The translations under genes and the position numbers were made by a program. Of a stretch of 64,000 bases of DNA, positions 1-7,835 are shown piece by piece (position 1 is the stretch's first letter; the number at the start of each line of letters is the position of its first letter). The notes beneath the pieces were generated by a model, which saw nothing but the letters and a program-made list of their open reading frames with translations, was not told where the DNA came from and ran no database searches. This DNA is from Candidatus Omnitrophota bacterium (GTDB lineage Bacteria > Omnitrophota > Gorgyraeia > Gygaellales > Profunditerraquicolaceae): positions 14,477-78,476 of the forward strand of contig JBAZKL010000002.1 in the NCBI GenBank assembly GCA_041650835.1, written 5' to 3'.

Positions 1-41
1 ATAAGGCGATACCATTATATGAAACATTTATTTCGGAGTCA

Positions 42-1979
42 TTGTTTGATGATGTGTTGCGGGATTATTTAATTTGTCTCTACAAATCAAAAGAGCACAG
101 AAGCAAGAACCTCGAGAAATGTCTAACTATTTGCCAAAATCTTAGGAAATTAGGAAAATTTGTTCCTTTTACGTTCGAGTTGGAAGCGGCCATTTATGAG
201 GAAATGGATCGACTAGATGAAGCCATGTCTTTATACCTCGAACTGTCGAAGCGTGAGCCAAAGAATATTCGTCATAAACTAAATTATGCCAAAGTTATGA
301 TTGATATAGGAAGGGAAAAGGACGCGGGAATAAGACTGCTATATGAGGTTAAGGATGAGGTTGAAGACAAGGATTCCTTCCTTATTTTGGCGAGAGCATT
401 CTTAAAGATTCAAAACCATGACGAATCCATAAAGCAATTATTTAAAGCGTTGGAAATCGATTTCAATAATCCGGAGATCCAGCTGTTTTATATTTACACG
501 TTTACGAGCCGAAAAGATAAAAAGAGCGAAATGCTAGATTCCGAAACTGTGCGTGAAGATTTCTTTGTGAAGATTAAAAAGAATGGACACGATCAAGAAT
601 ACTTAGTTACTGCGAATCCTAAATCGTCGATTGCCAAATTCGAGTTATATAAGGAATCCGGTTTGGGTAAGGCACTTTACGGGAAAAGGGTTGCGGAAGA
701 AATAATAGTTAAAAATGAATACAGTGCAGATGATGTTATCAAAATAGTTGAGATTAAAAGTAAATACGTGAAGGCCTTCCAGAATATTTTAGATAATTTT
801 AATATTTCTTTTCCGGACAATAAGGCAATTTGGAAAGTTGAAGCGAGTCCGGAAAGGCTGAAAGATATGCTGAACAAATCGTCGGATAGATCAACCAAGA
901 TAATGGAGATGTATTTATCAAAGAATATTACTATCGGGGCGCTTTCTGCTTTTTCTGGAAGAAGTCTATTCGTTTGTTGGGGCGCGCTTATTGGACAGGG
1001 GTCTAAATTGTACTGTGCTACTGGCAGTGCTGTGGAGCAAAGAAAAGAACAGGAGATTATTCTTAATTCAAACAGGGTTATTATCGAGCCGATCGCTTTA
1101 TTTACTCTTGGTTTTTTAAATTTAGTGGATTTGCCATCAAAGATATTTTCGGAGGTCTATGTTCTTAAGGCTACCTTGGATGAGCTAGATATGGAAATCG
1201 TAGAGTTAAGCAAAAGCGAAGATGCGGGACTTACAACGCTTTTTTCTAAAGAAGGCAAAGCATTTCGACAAGAGATCTCTGCTGAAAATATTAAGATGAA
1301 AATAGATTTTCTTAAAAAGATGCGAGATTCGCAAGGGTTGATAACAACGGGATTAGAACACCCACTGGATGATAGTTTTAATGGCAAAGAAAAGATACTA
1401 GGTTTGCCATATATATATTCGATTCAAGCTTGTGTTGAAAAGCAAGCGCCGCTGTTTTGTGACGATGTTTTTTTTAGAGAATTAATTCGCAATGAGCATA
1501 AGATAGATTCTTTCGGTGTTCAAAATTTTCTTGTAGTTGCTCTTCAAAAGGGAATCATAGCCGAAAACGATTATTGCGATAAGATATTAGAATTAATAAA
1601 GATTGGATACTTCTATCTTTCTGTATCCGCAAAAATGCTTTTTTATTATGCGGAGAAAGACAGTTTTCAAATACAGCCGGGAAATGCGTTTGACATAGCC
1701 ACCGCAATTCTTGATTCAAGAGAAACATCTATTGAATCGCTGCTTGCAGTATTAACAGATTTTATGAAGCTAATGCTTATTGAATCCCTGCCCGATGAAA
1801 TCAAAGATAAATATTTACATTTAATCATAAGTCTTTTAGCAAAACGCGGATCGCCCCATAAAATGATTAAGATTTTCAGTCAAGTTCTCGCTAAGAAGCT
1901 TGGGTTAGCTGAGCATCTTATGGTACAGGTTAATAAGAAAATAGATCAGTGGATTAAAATTAATTACCCAATCGTGTGA
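42..1979 (+). CDS. Hypothetical TPR-like protein, AT-rich; possibly 5'-truncated by the window edge
   Basis: 645-aa ORF called from a TTG. The reading frame stays open upstream to position 1, so the true start may lie outside the window. Codon usage is strongly A/T-biased compared with every downstream gene. The N-terminus has TPR-like helical repeats. I recognise no catalytic motif with confidence. Confidence 0.6.
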   Translation: MFDDVLRDYLICLYKSKEHRSKNLEKCLTICQNLRKLGKFVPFTFELEAAIYEEMDRLDEAMSLYLELSKREPKNIRHKLNYAKVMIDIGREKDAGIRLLYEVKDEVEDKDSFLILARAFLKIQNHDESIKQLFKALEIDFNNPEIQLFYIYTFTSRKDKKSEMLDSETVREDFFVKIKKNGHDQEYLVTANPKSSIAKFELYKESGLGKALYGKRVAEEIIVKNEYSADDVIKIVEIKSKYVKAFQNILDNFNISFPDNKAIWKVEASPERLKDMLNKSSDRSTKIMEMYLSKNITIGALSAFSGRSLFVCWGALIGQGSKLYCATGSAVEQRKEQEIILNSNRVIIEPIALFTLGFLNLVDLPSKIFSEVYVLKATLDELDMEIVELSKSEDAGLTTLFSKEGKAFRQEISAENIKMKIDFLKKMRDSQGLITTGLEHPLDDSFNGKEKILGLPYIYSIQACVEKQAPLFCDDVFFRELIRNEHKIDSFGVQNFLVVALQKGIIAENDYCDKILELIKIGYFYLSVSAKMLFYYAEKDSFQIQPGNAFDIATAILDSRETSIESLLAVLTDFMKLMLIESLPDEIKDKYLHLIISLLAKRGSPHKMIKIFSQVLAKKLGLAEHLMVQVNKKIDQWIKINYPIV

Positions 1980-2201
1980 AAATAAATGCGAGAATAGTTT
2001 TCCGATATCAACCGCGCGGCGGTGATTGTGAATATTAGCAAGGCATTCGTTGATTGGCAGTAAATCTTTCAAAACCCCTGCATAAGCATCCCCCGAATTA
2101 TTACCAATTTGCGGTAACGACCCCATTGTCAAAATAATCCGTTGTTGTAAGATCAAGACAGACTCGCGGGACAGCTGATCACTGTTGCCGTTTTGCAGAA
2201 A

Positions 2202-2242
2202 GCCATTTCCAGTCGACTGGCCGGAGATGGCTTTTTCTTTTT
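2202..2242 (+). terminator. Rho-independent terminator
   Basis: GCCATTTCC...GGAGATGGC 9-bp stem with one T-G wobble. It encloses the perfect 12-nt palindrome CCAGTCGACTGG and is followed by TTTTTCTTTTT. Confidence 0.6.
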
Positions 2243-2244
2243 AG

Positions 2245-2650
2245 GGTTCGACACTTTGAAAAATATTGCGTGTTCATAGATGAGGGGGACATTTGAGCGA
2301 AAAAATCTGTATATACGCAGTAGGGTGCAACACTTTGGCAAAAAAGGGCGTATATACGCGGTAGGGGGTGTTACACTTTTCGATTTTTTGCGTGTTCATA
2401 GGTGAGGGGTGCGAAACTTTGAGCCTAAAAACGCAATAACTACTCTGAGGGGCAAAAAAGTTCCGACACTTTTCGGAAAAATCCGGAATATACGCTTAGG
2501 GAGTGAAACTGGTGAAGAAAGTGAAAATATTTCCGGCAGGTTTACCAAAAACATCGTATGTAGCTAGTAGAGGGGCTTGTGAAGTGAAAATAAATAAAAT
2601 ATTTCCGTCAGTTTTCCAGTTCTTTGCGTATGTAGCTAGTAGGAGGCAGT
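2245..2650. repeat. Iteron-like direct-repeat array (putative replication origin or regulatory region)
   Basis: Three families of direct repeats. (a) TTGCGTGTTCATAGRTGAGGGG at about 2266 and 2388. (b) ATATACGC-N-TAGGGRGTG at about 2310, 2352 and 2487, each followed by ACACTTT(T/G)-N-AAAAA; the ACACTTT motif occurs 4 times. (c) A ~50-bp unit ATATTTCCGnCAGnTTTnCCA...GTATGTAGCTAGTAGnAGG, present twice at about 2528 and 2601. Confidence 0.7.
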
Positions 2651-2656
2651 GAAACT

Positions 2657-2887
2657 ATGAAAGACAAGTGCTTTGAAGCGGGAAATCTCTATCTGGCTAC
2701 GTATTTGCTCTCTTGCGGGTTTGCTATGAGGGGCATTGAGGGATCGGGACGGCTCAAGAGGATCCTGTTTGACGACATCCCGGCCGTTCATAAGGCATGC
2801 GAAGAGTTTTTCGCCGATTCGGAGGCACGCAAGCTGTTTGACTGTTACCGGAGGGTTAAGGATTATTTATTTCAAAATGGAGTTTAA
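2657..2887 (+). CDS. Small hypothetical protein, translationally coupled to the primase
   Basis: 76-aa ORF with an AGGAGG Shine-Dalgarno 8 nt upstream. Its TAA stop lies 2 nt before the primase ATG. The overlapping ORF 2736..2954 is out of frame and rejected. Confidence 0.55.
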   Translation: MKDKCFEAGNLYLATYLLSCGFAMRGIEGSGRLKRILFDDIPAVHKACEEFFADSEARKLFDCYRRVKDYLFQNGV

Positions 2888-2889
2888 AA

Positions 2890-5256
2890 ATGGAAGACGA
2901 GAGAAGAAAAGAGAAGAGAAAAATGGAAGAGATCATACCGCAGGAATTGCTTAAGCTACCGAGCTGGGTTGGGTATCAGCTCAGGCGTAACAAAGGCCGC
3001 ATTGATAAAGTTCCCATGAACGTCCTGACCGGACGTCCTGCCAAAAGTAACGATCCCAGCACATGGACAGATTTCGAGACTGCAGTTGATTTGGTGAGCC
3101 AGCGCGGATATGCGGGTGTTGGTTTTATGTTTAGTCCGCCTTATGTGGGCGTGGATATAGACCATTGCGTCAAAGACGGAGCTATCGCGCCGTATGCGGT
3201 GGAAATCTTAAAGGCGCTCAATTCATATTCGGAATATTCGCCCAGCGGCACCGGCATTCATATTCTTTGTAAAGGCGAGATCGCCCGGGCATGCAAGATT
3301 TCAAAGATCGGGCTTGAGATTTATACCAAGGGCAGATTTTTTACCGTTACCGGCAATCGCCTTGAAAATTATCCGGCTGATCTTAACGAGTGCACTGATG
3401 CGCTAACCGCCATATTCAGCCGGGTTGTAGATAAAAGGCCCGCGGACGACATTTTTGCTTTAATCTCTAAAAGTAAAGACGCGGAGAGGTTTCAGCGGCT
3501 CTATTCCGGCCAGTGGCAAAACGATTATCCATCTCAGAGCGAAGCGGATTTGGCGTTAGGCAACAAGCTGGCCTTTTGGACTGGTAAAGACGCCGGGCGT
3601 ATGGATTCGCTTTTTCGCCAGTCCGGACTCATGCGGCCCAAGTGGGATGAGAAACATTTTGGTGACGGCCGGACCTATGGCCAATCGGTCATTGAAAAGG
3701 CAATCAGCGGGTGTAGTGAGGTTTATGGAGGAAACGGGGCTTCGGGGCCGGTTGCTAAGGCTAAGCTCACGCAGGGCGAGATCATTACCCGCGATTGCGA
3801 GGAGAGCATTAAGGACTTCTTTCGCGATCAGCATGGCAATGCTTTTGTGGTGCTTCCGGTGGAAAGCCATTTTGAGGTATGCCCGACAACGGGCGTGCGC
3901 TTTAGGAATTGGAAGGCGACTCGATTCCGTGATCGCTTTGGCGTACCGCCTAAGATTGAGGCACTTAATCAGGCACGGATTCAGGTTGAGGCGCGCTGTG
4001 GAAGTTCCCGGCAGGTTGAGCTCTTTAATCGAGTAGGCTGGCATAACGGGAAAGTTTATTACGACCTGACAACGCCGGACTATCGAGGTGTAGTTATCGA
4101 TGAAACCGGCTGGGACGTTGTGCCGTTGCCGCCGATATTCAGGCGTTATCAGCATCAAGCCGAGCAGGTGATTCCGGTTAAGGGCGGCGACCCTAAGGCG
4201 ATATTACGTTTCTGCAATGTTAATCCGGACGATCATTGTCTTTTCATGGTCGCCATCGCATCATTCTTCATTCCCAATATTCCGCATGTCATTTTAAGTC
4301 AGACCGGCGAGCAGGGCTCCGGTAAATCGAATAATTCCCGCAAGATTAAAGGCTTGGGCGATCCGTCCAAGGTCATGCTGATCTCAACTCCCAAAGAATT
4401 GGAGCAGGCGCAGATGACCGCGGAGAAGCACTGGATCAGCACCTTCGATAATATCTCCAAAATTTACGAGTGGTTTAGCGATTTCCTCTGCCGAGGCGTT
4501 ACCGGCGAAGGCGACATGAAACGCAGTCTTTATACCAATGACGACGAGTTCATTCGTTCATACAAACGGTGCTTTGTATTGAATGGTATTGGCACGTCTT
4601 TGTGGCGGGCGGATTTGCTCGACCGGGCCATTATCTTTGATATTCCGGTTTTAAAGAGGAGCCGAGCAGAAAAAACTATGGAAGACGAATGGCAACGGGA
4701 GCTTCCCGGGATTCTGGGTGGATTCTTTACTGCCATTTCAAAAGCAATGAATACTTTCTCGCAAGTTACCGGACATGAAAAGTTTCGCATGTCTGATTTT
4801 GCTCAATGGGGAGGCGCGCTGGCGGGGGCATTGGGTTATTCGCAGGATGAGTTTTTCAAAAAGTATCAGGAGTCAGTGGATCGTAAATGGCAGGACACCG
4901 CGGATGACAGCTCGTTTGCCAAGAGACTGATCGAACTCATGGATAAGCACGCAGGCTATTGGGAAGGCTCGGCCGCGGAGCTTTTGCACGAGGTAACCCA
5001 CGATGACGACGATGAGAAAGGCATGCCCAAGACCGCCAAGTGGCTTTCAACAGAGCTACTGCGTATTGCGCCGGTCATGCGTAATGTCGGAGTGGATATC
5101 GTAAAGAAAGACAAGCGCGAGCCAGGTACCGGCCGCAGGCTTTTTGTTCTTAGGCGAACCGAGTCAAAGTCGTGTGAGTACGGGTGTGAGGAAGGTGTGA
5201 GCAGAGGCGTGCTTTGTGAGGATCGTGCGGAGGTGGACAGTGACCGGCCGTTCTAA
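2890..5256 (+). CDS. Primase-polymerase (AEP prim-pol) / SF3 helicase fusion replication protein
   Basis: The N-terminus carries prim-pol motifs: VGVDIDH (hhDhD) and SPSGTGIHILCKG (SxSGxGxH). The middle region carries a Walker A motif, GEQGSGKS, typical of D5/P4-type helicases. The last ~30 codons are encoded by GTGTGAGG heptamer repeats. An alternative start at M12 (position 2923) is possible. Confidence 0.85.
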   Translation: MEDERRKEKRKMEEIIPQELLKLPSWVGYQLRRNKGRIDKVPMNVLTGRPAKSNDPSTWTDFETAVDLVSQRGYAGVGFMFSPPYVGVDIDHCVKDGAIAPYAVEILKALNSYSEYSPSGTGIHILCKGEIARACKISKIGLEIYTKGRFFTVTGNRLENYPADLNECTDALTAIFSRVVDKRPADDIFALISKSKDAERFQRLYSGQWQNDYPSQSEADLALGNKLAFWTGKDAGRMDSLFRQSGLMRPKWDEKHFGDGRTYGQSVIEKAISGCSEVYGGNGASGPVAKAKLTQGEIITRDCEESIKDFFRDQHGNAFVVLPVESHFEVCPTTGVRFRNWKATRFRDRFGVPPKIEALNQARIQVEARCGSSRQVELFNRVGWHNGKVYYDLTTPDYRGVVIDETGWDVVPLPPIFRRYQHQAEQVIPVKGGDPKAILRFCNVNPDDHCLFMVAIASFFIPNIPHVILSQTGEQGSGKSNNSRKIKGLGDPSKVMLISTPKELEQAQMTAEKHWISTFDNISKIYEWFSDFLCRGVTGEGDMKRSLYTNDDEFIRSYKRCFVLNGIGTSLWRADLLDRAIIFDIPVLKRSRAEKTMEDEWQRELPGILGGFFTAISKAMNTFSQVTGHEKFRMSDFAQWGGALAGALGYSQDEFFKKYQESVDRKWQDTADDSSFAKRLIELMDKHAGYWEGSAAELLHEVTHDDDDEKGMPKTAKWLSTELLRIAPVMRNVGVDIVKKDKREPGTGRRLFVLRRTESKSCEYGCEEGVSRGVLCEDRAEVDSDRPF

Positions 5257-5470
5257 ATGTGTGAGTTTGCTCACGTGTGCTCACGCTTGCTCACAGGCGT
5301 GCTCACAAGGTCAAGGCTACAGCCATCAAGGGGTTATGTATTGTTGTGAGGTTTGTGAGGCTAAATTCCTTCTCTTTTTAGAAATCAATAAATATATAGG
5401 AAGAGGCGTATACATCGCCTATGGATGGGCAGGTGTGAGGATAGCGATTTTAGCCTCACATTGCTCACAC
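5165..5470. repeat. Dense cluster of GTGAG(G/C) / (G)CTCAC heptamers (putative second iteron set or origin)
   Basis: At least 12 copies of GTGTGAGG, TGCTCAC or CCTCACA in both orientations within ~300 bp. One stretch has four tandem TGCTCAC copies at about 5267-5310. The cluster spans the primase stop codon. ORF 5216..5536 from the track is most likely an artefact of this repeat. Confidence 0.7.
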
Positions 5471-5663
5471 ATATGCTTACGGGTCCTTCGGAGGGGGTGT
5501 GGGCCGCGGGTCGGGCGAGGCGAAGTCTGTGAGTGATGTCGGATTTTCAAAATGTCGTGTCGTGGTCGTATGGGCGTATTTCGGGGTGTCCGGTTGACAA
5601 GGGATAAAAAAGGCGTTTTCCGTCGTGAAACCGGCTTAAATTTGGCTCAAAATCGCCTCAAAA

Positions 5664-5714
5664 GCGATGTCCTAAAATACGACAAAACCGGACATTTGCG
5701 ATGTCCGAATGTCC
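5664..5714. promoter_or_regulatory. Operator-like repeats: GCGATGTCC x2 including the palindrome GGACAT-N5-ATGTCC
   Basis: GCGATGTCC occurs at 5664-5672 and 5697-5705. GGACATTTGCGATGTCC (5690-5706) is an inverted repeat, and a third ATGTCC follows at 5709-5714. The site lies just upstream of the small ORF and the HTH gene. Confidence 0.4.
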
Positions 5715-5731
5715 TACTGTAGAAGAGAATT

Positions 5732-5929
5732 ATGATCAGGGAAGCGAGCACAATTAATGTGAAGGCGGTAACGCCGCGAGGCTGGGACGCTTTAGAGATA
5801 AAGCTAAAAGGAAGGGGTCTGTCCAGCGTGGAAATTCAAGAAGCTCGTAAATCATTCTTTGAGGGGATTGAGACATTATCAAAGATGTTTTTGGCAATGT
5901 ATTCGGCAGAGAAGAAACCGCTTGTATAA
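5732..5929 (+). CDS. Small hypothetical protein
   Basis: 65-aa ORF between the repeat region and the HTH gene. It has only a weak RBS and no recognisable motif. Confidence 0.3.
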   Translation: MIREASTINVKAVTPRGWDALEIKLKGRGLSSVEIQEARKSFFEGIETLSKMFLAMYSAEKKPLV

Positions 5930-5962
5930 GGTTGTATATTACGGTATACTGGGCACCATTAG

Positions 5963-6154
5963 ATGAGGGTGTCAAATATGAAAACATACTCCATGACAGA
6001 GACGGCAAAATTACTGGGCGTGCACCGGCAGACCATGATCAATTGGATCCGCAGGGGATGGGTTAAGCCCAAGCGTGATTATAAGGATTGGCCGGTGTTT
6101 ACGGACGAGTGTATCGCCAAGATTAAGGCATGGCGAGAGACGTTAAAAGGATAA
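5963..6154 (+). CDS. Excisionase-family / AlpA-like helix-turn-helix DNA-binding protein
   Basis: 63-aa protein containing TETAKLLGVHRQTMINWIRRGWV, the classic excisionase-family HTH signature. It sits immediately upstream of the recombinase; its stop is 1 nt before the recombinase ATG. Confidence 0.7.
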   Translation: MRVSNMKTYSMTETAKLLGVHRQTMINWIRRGWVKPKRDYKDWPVFTDECIAKIKAWRETLKG

Positions 6155-6155
6155 G

Positions 6156-7835
6156 ATGAGAGTAGCGTTATATACAAGGGTAAGTACAGAAGATCAGGCG
6201 CGCGAAGGTTTTTCGCTGGAGGTGCAGAGGACATATCTTTTGCAATACGCGAAAAATTTCGGCTGGGATGTTTTTTGCAGTATGTCGGGCCGGGATATTT
6301 ATATGGATGATGGTTATTCCGGCGGCAATATGGACAGACCGGCGTTGCAGAGACTTTTGTTTGACGCGCGCAATAAGCAGTTTGATCTGATCATGGTGTA
6401 TAAGCAAGATCGCCTAAGCCGTCGGCTTAAGGACCTGTTAGGACTACTTGAGGAGATTGATTCGCTGGGCATCGGGTACAAATCAGCGACCGAGCCATTC
6501 GATACCACGTCCAGCGCCGGGAAGATGGCGATTCAGATGTTAGGCAGTTGCGCGGAGTTTGAACGCAATCGCTTAGTCGAGAGGGTATTCCCGGGCATGG
6601 TGGTTGGTGTTAAAAGAGGTCACTGGCAGGGAGCGCGCTACGCGCCGTATGGTTACCGTTACAATAAAGAAGTCAAGAAACTCGAAGTCCATCCGGAAGA
6701 GGCAAAGATCGTTAAAGAGATTTACGCGATGTACATAAGCGGCACGAGCACTTCGCGGATCGCAGGACATTATTACAATCTTGGGATCCCTTCAAGACAA
6801 GGCGGACGATTTTATAATAAATTCATTTCCAATATTCTGCAGAGCAAGGTCTATTTAGGGATGCTGGTGTGGAATAGACGTCGCTATAACACAAAAGAAA
6901 AGACAAAGAACGGCGAAGGCAAAGGTTACAAGTATGTGAATAATGATCCGTCCAAGATTATTGAAGTACCGAATACTCACGAGCCGATAATTACGCAAAG
7001 AGATTTTGATGAGGCCAGAACGCTTCTCAAACGTAACCGCACCAATGGTGTGGTTAGATTCAGGAATAATGTTTATCAGCTTTCCGGTATTCTGAAATGC
7101 AATGAGTGCGGAGGCAATTACCGCGGAATCACCGCGACAGTTAATCATCGCACCAAAATGCGGCGGCCATGGTATCGTTGTTCTTCCAAAGGCATACCTC
7201 ATATTAAGTGTAGCAATAAATCTGTTACGGCTGACGCGATCAATAAGCAGGTTTGGGATATTGTAGAAGTCATCCGTCAGAATCTTCATGTGCTTGAGGA
7301 ACTGGGTGACATGATCAAACTTAACGCATCCGAGCCGGAGCAGTTGTATGTCGAGCAATTAGAGGATAAGGACGCGCTTCTTAAGAAGAATATCGAGAAG
7401 CAAAAGGGGATCTACGAGTTGTTTTCAGAGGATAAAATTAATCTCGCGCTCTATAAGGATAGGGCCGAGCTTTTGAGTAATGAGGAGAAAAAACTAAAGC
7501 AGGATATCAAGGCGATTCAGCTTAAGATTCTGGATAAGCGTAATTCCGTTAACCTTGTAAAGGCGACGCAGGATTTCCTTTTGAGGTTACGGAGCACGCC
7601 GGATGACCGCCAGTTGGATTATCTGGTCAAAACCTTTATGCGGATCATCTTTAAATCGATCCACATCCAGAATCAGGAGATCGTGAAGTTCGATCTAAAC
7701 GAGCCTTGGAAGACTTGCTATGAAGAGGGGATGAAATGGTTGAAAACGAGCGAAAAGACGACAATACAGGCGATTCCGGAGGCAAAAGCCCGAAGAAGTT
7801 ACGTGTGCTTTTGCGCACCTTCGGATGTCAAATGA
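6156..7835 (+). CDS. Large serine recombinase (integrase)
   Basis: N-terminal resolvase catalytic motif RVALYTRVSTEDQ. It also has a recombinase domain and a zinc ribbon (CNECGGNYRG...WYRCSS), followed by a long coiled-coil C-terminus. Total length is 559 aa. Confidence 0.85.
   Translation: MRVALYTRVSTEDQAREGFSLEVQRTYLLQYAKNFGWDVFCSMSGRDIYMDDGYSGGNMDRPALQRLLFDARNKQFDLIMVYKQDRLSRRLKDLLGLLEEIDSLGIGYKSATEPFDTTSSAGKMAIQMLGSCAEFERNRLVERVFPGMVVGVKRGHWQGARYAPYGYRYNKEVKKLEVHPEEAKIVKEIYAMYISGTSTSRIAGHYYNLGIPSRQGGRFYNKFISNILQSKVYLGMLVWNRRRYNTKEKTKNGEGKGYKYVNNDPSKIIEVPNTHEPIITQRDFDEARTLLKRNRTNGVVRFRNNVYQLSGILKCNECGGNYRGITATVNHRTKMRRPWYRCSSKGIPHIKCSNKSVTADAINKQVWDIVEVIRQNLHVLEELGDMIKLNASEPEQLYVEQLEDKDALLKKNIEKQKGIYELFSEDKINLALYKDRAELLSNEEKKLKQDIKAIQLKILDKRNSVNLVKATQDFLLRLRSTPDDRQLDYLVKTFMRIIFKSIHIQNQEIVKFDLNEPWKTCYEEGMKWLKTSEKTTIQAIPEAKARRSYVCFCAPSDVK

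Larger units (their letters stand above)
2202..7835 (+). mobile_element. Compact integrated replicative element: iterons, prim-pol helicase, excisionase HTH and serine integrase; boundaries uncertain
   Basis: The gene content and order match small integrative satellite/PICI-like or integrative-plasmid modules. The recombinase sits at the right end, is transcribed outward, and overlaps miaB. The left boundary is not determinable; the element may include the AT-rich gene at 42-1979 and extend beyond the window. Confidence 0.6.

Noticed and set aside
2236-2250. GGGTTCGAC, resembling a tRNA T-loop, at the left edge of the element. A tRNA 3' fragment would have been a possible att site.
   Set aside because: There is no complementary T-stem and no acceptor-stem partner, so no cloverleaf can be built. 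It is part of the ACACTTT iteron motif instead.
2245-2650. Possible CRISPR array.
   Set aside because: The repeats fall into three different families with irregular spacing and no uniform spacers. No cas genes are nearby. Iterons are the better explanation.
2736-2954. 72-aa ORF overlapping the small coupled ORF and the primase start. A similar case is 3647..4036 inside the primase.
   Set aside because: It is out of frame with two coupled, better-supported genes and has a low-complexity Arg/Ser-rich product.
5216-5536. 106-aa + strand ORF rich in Cys/Ser/Gln.
   Set aside because: It lies entirely within the GTGAG/CTCAC heptamer repeat cluster. Its odd composition is produced by the repeats, so it is probably not a real gene.
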